The notes below the pieces were generated by a model. It searched no databases, was not told where the DNA came from, and saw only the letters and a program-made list of their open reading frames with translations. DNA of 64,000 bases from contig CAWBYW010000018.1 of the NCBI GenBank assembly GCA_963792965.1, positions 32,001 to 96,000 on the forward strand, given 5' to 3'. The position numbers and the translations under genes are program-made. Below, piece after piece: positions 9,946 to 19,906 of this stretch. How positions within the stretch are numbered: the first letter of the stretch is position 1; the number at the start of each line of letters is the position of its first letter. The DNA is from an uncultured delta proteobacterium. GTDB lineage: Bacteria > Desulfobacterota > Zymogenia > Zymogenales > Zymogenaceae.

Positions 9946-10920
9946 ATGGTCCGATATCTCATAAAAAGACTCCTGATGATGATTCCGATCCTTCTGGGGA
10001 TCACGATCATCTCGTTTGCGGTGATGCAGCTTGCCCCCGGCAAGCCGACTGATATAGGACTTGCGGAAAATCCGAAGGCGGCCCCGGAGGCCAAGGAGCG
10101 CCTCAAGAAGCTCTATGGGCTGGATAAACCGATCCACGTTCAATACTTCAACTGGCTCCGGCGGATCGTAAGGCTTGACTTCGGACTCTCTTTCTCGCCT
10201 GACCGGAGGCCGGTGATCGATAAGATCGTCGAAACGATCCCGATCACCATCGGCATCAACCTCCTCTCGATCATCCTCATCATCGTGGTCGCCGTTCCCC
10301 TCGGGGTCTTCTCGGCGACACACCAGGACACCTTCTTCGATAAGGCGGCCACCGTCTTTGTCTTCGTCGGCTTCGCCGTGCCGACCTTCTGGCTGGCGCT
10401 GTTGATGATGCGGTGGTTCGGCATCCAGCTCGGCTGGCTTCCGATATCCGGGGTGAAGTCGATCATGTACGATTTCTTCTCCCCCGCAGCAAAGGTCTGG
10501 GACATCACCAAGCACCTGATCATGCCGGTGGCGCTATCCGCTTTCGGGGGTTTGGCGGGCCTGTCGCGCTATATGCGCAGCAACATGTTGGAGGTGATCC
10601 GCCAGGACTACATCGTTACCGCCCGAGCCAAGGGATTGCCCGAGCATGTCGTCATCTATAAACACGCGCTGCGAAACGCCCTGATGCCGGTCATTACGAT
10701 CCTCGGCCTCTCGGTCCCCGGGCTCATCGGAGGGAGCGTCATCTTTGAGAGCATCTTCTCGATCTACGGAATGGGGAGGCTCTTTTACGCGAGCGTAATG
10801 GCGCGGGACTACCCGGTCATCATGGGGATACTCGTCATCGGCGCAGTCCTGACGCTACTCGGCAACCTCCTTGCGGACATCTCGTACGCCGTCGTCGATC
10901 CGCGCATTAGAAAAGGATAG
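9946..10920 (+). CDS. oppB: Peptide ABC transporter permease
   Basis: [24 protein letters not shown] and terminal DPRI motifs. Confidence 0.92.
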   Translation: MVRYLIKRLLMMIPILLGITIISFAVMQLAPGKPTDIGLAENPKAAPEAKERLKKLYGLDKPIHVQYFNWLRRIVRLDFGLSFSPDRRPVIDKIVETIPITIGINLLSIILIIVVAVPLGVFSATHQDTFFDKAATVFVFVGFAVPTFWLALLMMRWFGIQLGWLPISGVKSIMYDFFSPAAKVWDITKHLIMPVALSAFGGLAGLSRYMRSNMLEVIRQDYIVTARAKGLPEHVVIYKHALRNALMPVITILGLSVPGLIGGSVIFESIFSIYGMGRLFYASVMARDYPVIMGILVIGAVLTLLGNLLADISYAVVDPRIRKG

Positions 10921-10930
10921 GGAGGCGGCT

Positions 10931-11656
10931 ATGCAGACACGAATGCGATTGGGCGAATTTCTTGTCAACAAGAACATCGTATCCCATGCGGACCTCTCCC
11001 GCGCCCTCAAGTACCAGGAAAACTGGGGAGGAAGGCTGGGCGAGGCGCTCATCAGCCTGAGGATCCTCACCGAGGACAAGCTCCTCGCCGCGCTCAAGTA
11101 TCACCTTGAGCTCCCGGTGGTGAACCTCGAGCAGCTCAGTATCCCCCGCGAGGTTATCAAGCTGATACCAAAGGAGACCGCGAAAAAATACAAGGTCGTC
11201 CCCGTCAAGATGGGAGAGGTGGCGGGCAAAAAGGTCCTCTTCGTGGCCATGAACAACCCGCTGGACCTGACGGCCATCGAGGAGATACAGTTTGCGGCGG
11301 GGATGAAGGTCCAGCCGGTACTCTCGCGGGAGAAGGGGTTCCTCTACGCCCTGAAGCATTATTACGATATCGATGTCGGCTACATCTCGCCCAAGGGTGA
11401 GGAAGTTTCGCCGGAGCCCAAAGAAGATGCGATGACGATCATACGCTCCGGCGAAGAGGTGCAGATAGAGGACGGGCCGGAGGTGGCCCGGGAAAAACTG
11501 GTGGACGCGGTCATCGAGAAGCGGAAGGCCGACCAGACCCCGCCTCCTGCCCCCGAGCAGAGCGAAAAAAGGGTCCTCCAGGCCCTCATCAGGCTCCTGA
11601 TCGAAAAGGAATACATCACGCTCGACGAGCTCCGGGAGAAGATGTCGGGCAAGTGA
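10931..11656 (+). CDS. Stand-alone MshEN/T2SSE_N (GspE/PilB N-terminal) domain protein, putative c-di-GMP receptor, no ATPase domain
   Basis: GGAGG RBS. Tandem RLGEFLV...LSRALKYQ and RLGEALI...LLAALKYH motifs, then VAMNNPLDLTAIEEI. Confidence 0.82.
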   Translation: MQTRMRLGEFLVNKNIVSHADLSRALKYQENWGGRLGEALISLRILTEDKLLAALKYHLELPVVNLEQLSIPREVIKLIPKETAKKYKVVPVKMGEVAGKKVLFVAMNNPLDLTAIEEIQFAAGMKVQPVLSREKGFLYALKHYYDIDVGYISPKGEEVSPEPKEDAMTIIRSGEEVQIEDGPEVAREKLVDAVIEKRKADQTPPPAPEQSEKRVLQALIRLLIEKEYITLDELREKMSGK

Positions 11657-11753
11657 CGCGCGGCCAGAAGCAGGCTTCGAGGGCGGGCCCGAGGGACGCC
11701 GCCGACGGCGCACGGTGCGAAGCGTCCAATAGAGTTGGAGAAACATAGGGGCG

Positions 11754-12611
11754 ATGAGACTTTCTTTTTCACGATACGATTTCCTCGGACGCTTTTTCAG
11801 GAACCGGCTTGCCGTCTCCGGCCTGATCATCGTCGCTTTTTTCTTTTTCGTCTCCATCGCCGCCCCGGTTATCTCCCGCTTCGACCCCGATGAGCCGGAC
11901 AGCGGACACATCCTCACCGCCCCGGACTCGACCCACTGGTTCGGCACGGACGAATCGGGCCGGGACGTATACTCGCGGATGGTCTGGGGGTCGCAGATTT
12001 CGATCAAGGTTGGGTTCGTGGCGGTGGGCATCTCGATCCTCATCGGCACGCTCCTCGGCGCGCTGGCAGGATTTTACGGCGGCATCATCGACGGGGTGAT
12101 CATGCGGTTTGTCGACGTAATGCTCTGCTTCCCGTCGTTCTTCCTGATCCTTGCCGTCATCGCGATCCTTGAGCCCTCGATCTATAATATCATGATCGTC
12201 ATCGGGATCACGGGATGGATGGGGGTGGCAAGGCTCGTCCGGGCGGAGTTTTTGACGCTTATCAAGCGCGATTTCGTCATGGCCGCGCGGGCGCAGGGGG
12301 CGCGGGACTTCAGGATCATCTTTTCCCACATCCTCCCCAACGCCATGGGGCCGATCCTGGTCACGGCGACGCTCGGCGTGGCCGGCGCGATCCTCACCGA
12401 GAGCGCGCTCTCGTTTCTCGGCATCGGCGTCCAGCCGCCGACCCCCAGCTGGGGCAACATCCTCACCGAGGGCAAGGACGCCATCGAGGTGGCCTGGTGG
12501 CTCTCGCTCTACCCGGGGCTCGCCATCCTCGTGACGGTGCTGGGCTATAACCTCCTCGGGGAAGGCATCCGCGACGCCATGGACCCGCGGCTGCGGGATC
12601 AGGCGGGATAG
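11754..12611 (+). CDS. oppC: Peptide ABC transporter permease
   Basis: HWFGTDESGRDV, HILPN, ESALSFLGIG, PSWG and terminal DAMDPR motifs. Confidence 0.92.
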   Translation: MRLSFSRYDFLGRFFRNRLAVSGLIIVAFFFFVSIAAPVISRFDPDEPDSGHILTAPDSTHWFGTDESGRDVYSRMVWGSQISIKVGFVAVGISILIGTLLGALAGFYGGIIDGVIMRFVDVMLCFPSFFLILAVIAILEPSIYNIMIVIGITGWMGVARLVRAEFLTLIKRDFVMAARAQGARDFRIIFSHILPNAMGPILVTATLGVAGAILTESALSFLGIGVQPPTPSWGNILTEGKDAIEVAWWLSLYPGLAILVTVLGYNLLGEGIRDAMDPRLRDQAG

Positions 12612-12641
12612 CGCGAATCAGCGGTTGAGAGGGGTCGCGTT

Positions 12642-13259
12642 CTATCTGTCTTTCCCCACCTTCACCACCGGCAGCGACAGCCGGTACCTGATGGAGAAAA
12701 GCCTGAGCCCGATGACCGCCGTCATCGTGGCAAAATAGATGATCGTCTCATCGACGCCCAGCCACGCCAGAAAAAAGTAAACGACCCCACCCAGGATGCA
12801 CGCCGTGGCGTAGATCTCCTTCTGGAAGATCAGCGGCACCTCGTTGACCAGCACGTCCCTGAGCACCCCGCCCATCACAGCCGTGATCACCCCCATGAAG
12901 GCCGCAAATATCGGGAGCACATGGACCCCGAGCGCCTTGTTGATCCCGATGAGGGTGAAGACCCCGATCCCCACGGCGTCAAAGACCAACAGCACCCGCC
13001 GGTAGGCCAGGATGTGCCGGGCGAAGAGGAAGACCGCGCCGGCGGCAAGGACGATCACCAACAGGTAGTTCACGTCCTTGAGCCAGAAGACGGGCGTCAC
13101 CCCGAGGACCACGTCCCTGATCGTCCCTCCCCCCACCGCCGTCACGAAGCCGACCGAGAGCGCCCCGAAGAGGTCAAAGCGCTTGCCGGCCGCCGACAGG
13201 GCCCCGCTGACGGCGAAGGTGAAGGTGCCCAACAGGTCAAGGATATAGATAATTTCCAT
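12642..13259 (-). CDS. Trimeric intracellular cation channel (TRIC/YadS, UPF0126) family membrane protein
   Basis: Duplicated GGGTIRD / GGVLRD motifs, DAVG, EIYA. Confidence 0.9.
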   Translation of the reverse strand: MEIIYILDLLGTFTFAVSGALSAAGKRFDLFGALSVGFVTAVGGGTIRDVVLGVTPVFWLKDVNYLLVIVLAAGAVFLFARHILAYRRVLLVFDAVGIGVFTLIGINKALGVHVLPIFAAFMGVITAVMGGVLRDVLVNEVPLIFQKEIYATACILGGVVYFFLAWLGVDETIIYFATMTAVIGLRLFSIRYRLSLPVVKVGKDR

Positions 13260-13357
13260 CGGTTGCGTCCGCTACTGTCTCTCGGTTACGTGTGGCGCCC
13301 TCGGTCGGGGGACCGGCGCGCTGCCTCGCGGTGGTGCGCGATGACGCTTACTTCGCT

Positions 13358-13424
13358 GTCATTGCGAGGAGCGTTCCTGCCGAAGCCGCGAGGAGAAAAG
13401 CGACGTGGCGGGACGAAGCAATCC
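13358..13424. repeat. GTCATTGCGAGGAGCG...GAAGCAATC palindromic intergenic repeat; a second, shorter copy lies inverted at 21201-21232
   Basis: Both copies share GTCATTGCGAGGAGCG and GCAATC termini. Confidence 0.6.
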
Positions 13425-13476
13425 CCCCACTGTCACCGTGGACTTTATCTCTTCTTACTTTCTGCAGTGACCTGGC

Positions 13477-14472
13477 CTACTTCCCCCTCTTCCGCCTCGG
13501 AATATAGACCTCTTTCACCCACCGCTCGATCCGGGCCATCGCCTCCTTTTCCCCGACTTTCGGCTTCCAGCCGAGCTCCTTCTTGGCGCGGGAGTTATCC
13601 ACGTCGAGGTTTCTCCCCATAACGCCGGCCGCAAGCCTCGTCACGGGCGGCCGGATTCCGAAGGGCGAAAGCACCGCCTCGAGAAACCACCCCAGCCCCC
13701 ACGCGAGCGAAAACGGGAGATTGCCCACGGGCTTCTTGCCGATCAGGCCCCCTAAGAACCGGGTATACTCTCCCCAGGTGATCGCATAGTCGTCCCGGAA
13801 GTGATAGGTCCGGCCGGCCGCGCCTTTCTTCTCGGCAGCTAAGATCGCCCCGTCGGCGAGGTTCTCAACCCAGACGAACGCCCCGGGGTCTCTGCCCCCG
13901 TTCATGAGAGGCAGAGGGCCCCGTGAATACGCATCCAGCACGTCCCTCACCCAGACGCTCCCCGGCCCGATGACGTTAGCGGGCCGGACGATGACGTATT
14001 CGATTTTGTTCTTCTTGCAGAACCCCGCCACGAGGTCTTCCGCTTCGATCTTCGTGTCGCAGTAGGGGACACCACAAATAACACGCTCGGCGTCCTCGGA
14101 AAGCCCGTTGATGTTCCGGCCCAGGCCGAGTGCCGCCACGGAGGAAAAATAGACGAACCGTTTGACCTTCCCTTTCGACTCGGAAAGGAGGTTTTCCGTC
14201 CCCGTCACCATGATCTTTCGGAAAAGCTCCATGTCCCCCCAGTCCAGCACCCGGGTGGCCAGGTGGAAGACGATGTCCACCCCGTCGGCCGCCCCCACGA
14301 GGCTCTGCCGATCCGTCAGGTCTCCCCGGAAAATCTCGACGCCGAGCATTTCCGCGCCCGTCGCGCTCTCCCCCGGCAAGAAGAGACCCCTGACCCGATA
14401 TCCCTTTTCGATGAGGCGCGTGACGAGAAACGACCCGATGAACCCTCCCGCGCCGGTCACGAGTGCTTTCAT
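13477..14472 (-). CDS. NAD-dependent epimerase/dehydratase (3-beta-HSD-like SDR)
   Basis: VTGAGGFIG Rossmann motif, YCDTK catalytic motif. Confidence 0.88.
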   Translation of the reverse strand: MKALVTGAGGFIGSFLVTRLIEKGYRVRGLFLPGESATGAEMLGVEIFRGDLTDRQSLVGAADGVDIVFHLATRVLDWGDMELFRKIMVTGTENLLSESKGKVKRFVYFSSVAALGLGRNINGLSEDAERVICGVPYCDTKIEAEDLVAGFCKKNKIEYVIVRPANVIGPGSVWVRDVLDAYSRGPLPLMNGGRDPGAFVWVENLADGAILAAEKKGAAGRTYHFRDDYAITWGEYTRFLGGLIGKKPVGNLPFSLAWGLGWFLEAVLSPFGIRPPVTRLAAGVMGRNLDVDNSRAKKELGWKPKVGEKEAMARIERWVKEVYIPRRKRGK

Positions 14473-14486
14473 ATATTCCCCCTCAT

Positions 14487-15932
14487 CTATTTTGTATGAT
14501 GCCTCCGGTACCACTCGTACATCGCAAGCGCCGCCGCCGTGGCCGCGTTGAGCGATTCGCTGCCTACTTCCATAGGAATCCCGATCGTCCGCTTCTCGCG
14601 GAACCGCTGGGGCACTCCCGGCCCCTCCACCCCGATCAGGAGCCCCATGTTCGGCGGCAACACGGCCCGGGCGATATTTTCGCCCTCGGCCGTCAGCGTG
14701 AAGAGGGGCACCCCGGCCACCCTCAGCCTTTCGATCGCCGGCCCCCGCATGAGCGGCACCCGGAAGGGCGCGGTCCCCGCCGCGCGCAGCGCCTTGGAGT
14801 GATAGGGGTTTGCCGCGCCTTCAAGCAGCACCACGCGGCCCACCCCGAAGGCCGCCGCCGACCGAATCACCGCCCCGACGTTGGCCGGGTCCTGAAACGG
14901 GACGAATAGCGTGAGCCCCATATTCTTCTCGGAATCGACCCATCCCGGCAAGTGCGGGCACCCTGAGCAGGACGAGCGGCCCCCCCGTCCCGTGGACGTC
15001 CAGCTCATGGAAGAGCGGCCCGGAGAGCCGGTACCACGACGACGTCCTGTAAAGTGTCTGGGCGGCGCGGCTCCGTTGTGGGGGGTAATCCAGCCGACGA
15101 TGTCGCCCGGAAAATCGCGCACGACCTCGTCGGTCAGCTTTGCTCCGCCGAACAGCGCCGTCCCCTCTTTCTTGAGGCCGCGGCCGGAAAGGAGGCTCTT
15201 GAGCTCCTTGAAGCGCGCGTTGGCCGCGCTCACGATGTCCACGGCCCGGCCGCTCCTCCCCGTCTTCCCCGGTTGTCGCGAGGCCCACTCGCCTTTTGTC
15301 CGCTCAAAGACGAGGAGCCGCCGCTCGTACGCGGTGCCGGGGATCGCGTAGGGGATGTCTCGCGAAAGGGTGAAGTATTTCTCGATTTCGCCGGCCGTCT
15401 CGGCGAGCTCGTCTGTGGCCGCGGGCCCCTTCATGAGGATGACCCTCCCCCCCGGCGCCAGGAAGGGGGCGCAGCGCGCCAGCGTCTCGGCGGCCGACTC
15501 CAGCGCCCGCGTGATAACCCCCGCCACCTCGAGTGGAAAGTCGGGCAGCACCTTATGGGGGTAGACGTGCGCGCCGGCGAGCTCCAATTCATCGATCATC
15601 TCCATGAGGAACGAGATGCGCCTCCCGCGCGGCTCGGCAAGCACCATCTCAAGCCCCGGGTTCATGATCATGAGCGGCAGCGCCGGGAAGCCCGCCCCCG
15701 TCCCGATATCGAGGAGCGGCGAGGGGAGCTCGACCAGACGCCCCGGCATGATGGAGTCGACGAAATGCTTGACGACGATATCCTCGATGGTCGTGAGCCT
15801 CGTCAGGTCGGACTCGGGGTTCTTTTCCACGAGCCTGTGCAGAAGGACCCGGAATCGGTCGAGCTGCTGGTCCGAGAGCTCGATTCCCGATCGGGCAAAG
15901 AGACCCCGTATATCCTCTCTGTTCTCTTTCAC
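14487..15932 (-). CDS. rsmG: RsmG (16S m7G527 methyltransferase) fused to a TrmH/SpoU-family RNA methyltransferase; two compensating frameshifts near 14950-15060
   Basis: N-terminal KHFVDS, LDIGTGAGFP, TRAL, MKGP. C-terminal QDPANVGAVIRSA, GVEGPG, SLNAA. GTG start at 15932 is inferred. Confidence 0.85.
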   Translation of the reverse strand: MKENREDIRGLFARSGIELSDQQLDRFRVLLHRLVEKNPESDLTRLTTIEDIVVKHFVDSIMPGRLVELPSPLLDIGTGAGFPALPLMIMNPGLEMVLAEPRGRRISFLMEMIDELELAGAHVYPHKVLPDFPLEVAGVITRALESAAETLARCAPFLAPGGRVILMKGPAATDELAETAGEIEKYFTLSRDIPYAIPGTAYERRLLVFERTKGEWASRQPGKTGRSGRAVDIVSAANARFKELKSLLSGRGLKKEGTALFGGAKLTDEVVRDFPGDIVGWITPHNGAAPPRHFTGRRRGTGSPGRSSMSWTSTGRGGRSSCSGCPHLPGWVDSEKNMGLTLFVPFQDPANVGAVIRSAAAFGVGRVVLLEGAANPYHSKALRAAGTAPFRVPLMRGPAIERLRVAGVPLFTLTAEGENIARAVLPPNMGLLIGVEGPGVPQRFREKRTIGIPMEVGSESLNAATAAALAMYEWYRRHHTK

Positions 15933-16020
15933 GCATTGATGTCCGCGCCGACTTCGATTTAAGGTGAAAAAAAGTGCGCCCTGATGTATCCTTATACCAC
16001 ACAATCGCGCGTGAGGGAAG

Positions 16021-16737
16021 ATGAGAAACCGGCCGGCGTGGGACTTCGACGAGATAGAGAAGCTTGTCCTGTTCGAGGATAACCACGTCCTGGCGATGGT
16101 CAAGCCCGCGGGAATGTTGACGCAGGGAGATCGGACGGGCGACGTCTCACTCCTCGATCTCGCGAAGAAATACCTCAAGGAGAAGTACAAAAAACCCGGC
16201 GACGTCTACCTCGGCCTCGTGCATCGGCTGGACCGCCCGGTCGGCGGGGTGATCGTCTTTGCCCGCACGTCCAAGGCGGCGGGGCGCCTGTCCGGGCAAT
16301 TCCGCTCGCGCGAGACAAAGAAGGTCTATTGGGCGCTCGTGGAGGGAAAGCCGGACCCGCCGGAGGGGGAGCTTGTCCATTTTCTCGTCAAATCGGGCAC
16401 GATGATGAAGACGGCGCAAAAGGAAACGGCCGGGGCCCAGGAGGCGCGGCTGATCTATCAGACGCGTGAGACGAGGGGAGATGAGAGCCTCGTCGAGGTG
16501 GAGCTGATCACGGGCCGCAAGCACCAGATCCGGGCACAGCTTGCGGCCGTCGGCTGCCCCATCGTCGGCGACATCAAGTACGGGGCAAAGGAGAGGCAAC
16601 ACACAGGGCGAGACCCCGGGGAGATCGTCCCCGGCATCCGGCTCTTCGCCCGCTCGCTGACGTTTCATCACCCCGTCACCGGCGAGGAGATAACGATCGA
16701 GGCGGAGCCGCCCGCGGGATTTTCTCTCGGCGGATGA
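16021..16737 (+). CDS. RluA-family pseudouridine synthase
   Basis: KPAG, HRLDRP and TGRKHQIR motifs. Confidence 0.92.
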   Translation: MRNRPAWDFDEIEKLVLFEDNHVLAMVKPAGMLTQGDRTGDVSLLDLAKKYLKEKYKKPGDVYLGLVHRLDRPVGGVIVFARTSKAAGRLSGQFRSRETKKVYWALVEGKPDPPEGELVHFLVKSGTMMKTAQKETAGAQEARLIYQTRETRGDESLVEVELITGRKHQIRAQLAAVGCPIVGDIKYGAKERQHTGRDPGEIVPGIRLFARSLTFHHPVTGEEITIEAEPPAGFSLGG

Positions 16738-16799
16738 CCGATGAGGGCGTGAGAGGCCGCGTCGAGTATCGTACATACATATGATGGTAGGAGTTCACG

Positions 16800-17057
16800 G
16801 TGATCTCGGGAAAAAAATTGATGAAGATCGGGTGGTACATGCTGGCGGTGCCGCTCATACTTCTGTTTCTGTCAATCATCATCAGCATGATCGTTTCCGG
16901 AAGAGAAGATGCGGTCAACCCGGTCGTTCGTCTTATCGGCATGGCCCTCGTGTTTTTCTGGGCCCTCTCGCTCTTTCCCCTCTTGATCGGGCTTATCAAA
17001 ATCATCGCCGAGGCAATCGCACGCAAACGCAAGGGATCCTCGACAAAAGGGGAGTAA
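16800..17057 (+). CDS. Small two-TM hypothetical protein
   Basis: Two hydrophobic helices; AGGAG upstream. Confidence 0.6.
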   Translation: MISGKKLMKIGWYMLAVPLILLFLSIIISMIVSGREDAVNPVVRLIGMALVFFWALSLFPLLIGLIKIIAEAIARKRKGSSTKGE

Positions 17058-17059
17058 GG

Positions 17060-17160
17060 TTCGCGGGGGCGATACGCCCGCCCGTGCGAGGGTTTCGCGC
17101 CAATAGATAGGGGCGGCTCGCAAGCCGCCCCCGGGCAACACGGCACCGTACCTCTACGTA
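17060..17160. repeat. Degenerate REP-like hairpin cluster between convergent genes
   Basis: GGGGCGGCT-CGCA-AGCCGCCCC hairpin plus GGGC...CCTCTAC-type elements. Confidence 0.45.
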
Positions 17161-17175
17161 CGGAATCTCATCTCC

Positions 17176-17603
17176 CTAAATCAACCAGGCGTAGACCAGC
17201 CCGAGCACAAGGCTCGAGATGATCCCGTTGACCAGCTCGATAGATAACAGCCTGCTGGGGTGGATCGCCTCGAAGGTGCATGTCCAGGAACTTCGGGGAT
17301 GTTCTTGGTCACGATAAGGATGAGCCCGAAGAGCAGGCCGGCCGCCACGAGCATCGTGGGCAGGACGGGCTTGATGAACGCGTAGACCACGGCCCACAGG
17401 AAGCTCTGCACCACGATAATCAGGATCAGAAACCCCATCATCGCGCCCATGCTGCTCCACTTCTTGACCAGCTTCTTGGCTTCAAACGACTTGTAGTACT
17501 TGGACACCATCGGGTTCATGTAGAGGACCGCCCCCAGCACGAACCAGACCACCGACGCTACCAGCGTTGCGATCAACACTCTCACGATATCGATATTCAT
17601 CAT
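17176..17603 (-). CDS. DUF1761-like membrane protein (frameshift near 17285)
   Basis: Four TM segments split over ORFs 17181-17684 and 17176-17460; GGAGG RBS before the ATG at 17603. Confidence 0.65.
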
Positions 17604-17711
17604 TTTTCTACCTCCGTCAAGCGTTGACAGATTACATCTTCCGGGGCGCGCCCACCTTGACGCGCCCCACGAAACAACTCTCATGAAACCCGCCCTTCCG
17701 GCGCTCTATAT

Positions 17712-17729
17712 CTACCTATCAGTAGATAG
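17712..17729. promoter_or_regulatory. TetR operator, copy 2 (upstream of the DUF1761-like gene)
   Basis: CTACCTA-TCAG-TAGATAG, matching the operator at 18354. Confidence 0.75.
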
Positions 17730-17748
17730 GTTTTACACGTAAAAAAAA

Positions 17749-18312
17749 TCATGCCCGCATCGACTCCATCGCCCGCCGCGCGACGGCCGTCAGCCTGTCG
17801 GAACCCTCAAGGCGCGAGATCTGGAGCGCCCCCTGCAGCGCGCACATGATCAGGAGCGCCTGATCGTGCGGCTCGCCCTCGTACCGAAAGACCCCCTCGT
17901 CCCTTCCCTGCCCGACCACGTCGGTAAGCCAGAGGACAGGTCATCGTACATGGCCCTGAAGGCAGCTCCTCATGCGCTCGGGGATGACGTTGTACTCCGC
18001 CTCCATGATCCCGAAGGGGCAGATGCGGGTCTTGGCGTCAAGGAACGTGCGGATGAGTCCCGTGTACATCTCTACCTTTTTTCCCGGGCCGGCCCCTGAC
18101 GCATCGACACCCGCCAGATATTCGCGCATCAGGCCGTGCAGCCGCTCGCACACCGCCACCCCCAGGTCTTCCTTTGCGGGGAAATGGTGGTGGATGCTCG
18201 CCTTGGTGATGCCCAGCTGCTTTGAGATATCGTTGTAGCTGAAGCTGTTGTAGCTGCCCGAGAGTATCAGCTCCTCGGCGATATCCAGTATCTGTGTCTT
18301 TCTGTCTTCCAC
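17749..18312 (-). CDS. TetR/AcrR-family regulator (frameshift near 17965)
   Basis: HTH ILDIAEELI...GITKASIHHHFPAKEDL. The C-terminal part ...GRDEGVFRY...QGALQISR continues in another frame to the stop at 17749. Confidence 0.85.
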
Positions 18313-18350
18313 GATGTATCCTTCCTGTTTTATCCTTCCCTCTATCTATA

Positions 18351-18379
18351 ATTCTACCTACTAATAGGTAGGTTGTCAA
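18351..18379 (-). promoter_or_regulatory. sigma70 promoter of tetR with overlapping perfect palindromic operator
   Basis: TTGACA-17 bp-TAGAAT on the minus strand; CTACCTA-CTAA-TAGGTAG (18354-18371) sits in the spacer. Confidence 0.85.
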
Positions 18380-18436
18380 GAGCATTAGCTAGTCACGTAG
18401 CAGTGCGGATTCTTGCCGAGAGCGTGATTCAAGTTC

Positions 18437-18462
18437 GTAGGGGCACCATACATGGCGCCCGT
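18437..18462 (+). repeat. GTAG-family REP-like element
   Basis: GTAGGGGCACCATACATGGCGCCCGT; relatives at 21532, 21578, 23734 and 23821. Confidence 0.6.
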
Positions 18463-18678
18463 TTGCTAGAACGGCGGGTTTCTCTGGCCCTGTGTTTAGG
18501 GCAACAATTTTAGAGCTGCCATTACGTAAGAAGGCCCCTCATCTCTTCTATATTTTCCTTACTTAATACATTTCTAAAGTTTTCGGTTTCCATGCGCTGG
18601 ATGTGGCATAAATAGAAAGTGGACTATCCTATCAGATAAAGATGCCTGAAGAATATTCTCTCCATCGTGAATTTTAAT

Positions 18679-19906
18679 TGCCCTAGTCACTAAAAGTGTT
18701 GACAGGTGACGAGTTATTAAGAGACGAGTCACGGTCTTCCTGTTAAGATGGATTAGCCACAAAACATCTTAACGTAAAGGAGGAAGAACCATGACTCACC
18801 GAGATTATATCATACGTCGGAAGTTGAACATAGTAGATTTAGGCCGGACGTTGAACAACATCAGCGATGCCTGCCGGAAGTTAGGGGTAAGCAGACAACA
18901 CTACTACGACGTCAAGAAGGCGATAGAAGAGGAAGGCCTGGACGGCCTGTTGGAGAAGAGCCGCCGGATGCCGAGGTACGGCAATCGAGTGGCCGTTGAG
19001 ATCGAAGAGAAGGTGCTCGATTACTCCTTACAGTTCCCCACCCAGGGGCAGGTACGGACGGCCAACGAGCTCAAGAGATCGGGCATACAGATCAGCGCCG
19101 GAGGCGTTCGGAGCATCTGGATGCGTCATAACCTTCACGTGAAGGCGCTGCGTCTGAAGCGACTGGAACAATGGGCGGCCGAGAACACGGAGGTGCTGAC
19201 CGAGTCCCAGGTGAAGGCCCTGGAGGACGCAAAGGAGGAGCGGGAGGCCCACGGAGAGGTCGAGAGCCCTCATCCGGGCTTTTTGGTAGCCCAGGACACC
19301 TTCTATGTCGGCACAATCAAGGGTGTGGGCCGCATTTACCAGCAGACGGCCATCGATACCCACGCCAACGTGGGGTTCGCCAAGGTCTACAGCGATAAGA
19401 CGGCGCTCGTCGCCGCCGATCTGCTTAACGATAAGGTGCTCCCCGCCTACGATGAGCATAACATCACGGTGCTTCGGGTACTCACCGACAACGGGCGGGA
19501 GTACTGCGGATTAAAGGACAGCCATCCCTACGAGTTGTTCCTGCACCTCAACGACATCGAGCATACGCGGATACGGGTCAGACGCCCGCAGACCAACGGC
19601 TCGGTGGAACGGCTCAATCAGATCATCAAGGATGAGTTCTACGAGGTGGCATTCAGGAGAAAGCTGTATCGGACCATTGAGGAGATCCAGACCGACCTTG
19701 ACGAGTTCATGAGATGCTACAACGAAGAGCGGACGAACCAGGGGAGGTACTGCCAGGGGCGAACACCTCTACAAACCTTTCTTGACGGATTGGAGCTCTA
19801 TAGACGTTTCGTCTATGAAGAAACGGTAGCCGAAGAGGACGTGGCGTAGTATACTAAACCCATCTTACAGGAAGGCAAACTGTCAACACAACTCGTGACT
19901 ACTGCA
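18679..19906 (+). mobile_element. IS481-family insertion sequence with 27-bp imperfect terminal IRs and 7-bp target duplication TTTTAAT
   Basis: IRL TGCCCTAGTCACTAAAAGTGTTGACAG versus reverse-complement IRR TGCAGTAGTCACGAGTTGTGTTGACAG. TTTTAAT occurs at 18672-18678 and 19907-19913. Confidence 0.9.
18791..19849 (+). CDS. IS481-family DDE transposase
   Basis: N-terminal HTH (NISDACRKLGVSRQHYY), QDTFYVG, LTDNGREY, PQTNGSVERL. Confidence 0.95.
   Translation: MTHRDYIIRRKLNIVDLGRTLNNISDACRKLGVSRQHYYDVKKAIEEEGLDGLLEKSRRMPRYGNRVAVEIEEKVLDYSLQFPTQGQVRTANELKRSGIQISAGGVRSIWMRHNLHVKALRLKRLEQWAAENTEVLTESQVKALEDAKEEREAHGEVESPHPGFLVAQDTFYVGTIKGVGRIYQQTAIDTHANVGFAKVYSDKTALVAADLLNDKVLPAYDEHNITVLRVLTDNGREYCGLKDSHPYELFLHLNDIEHTRIRVRRPQTNGSVERLNQIIKDEFYEVAFRRKLYRTIEEIQTDLDEFMRCYNEERTNQGRYCQGRTPLQTFLDGLELYRRFVYEETVAEEDVA

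Noticed and set aside
8359-10515. Long antisense ORFs (also 39-713, 24521-25717, 27362-29654, 35808-36872 and others)
   Set aside because: They are shadows of well-supported genes in GC-rich DNA and carry no motifs.
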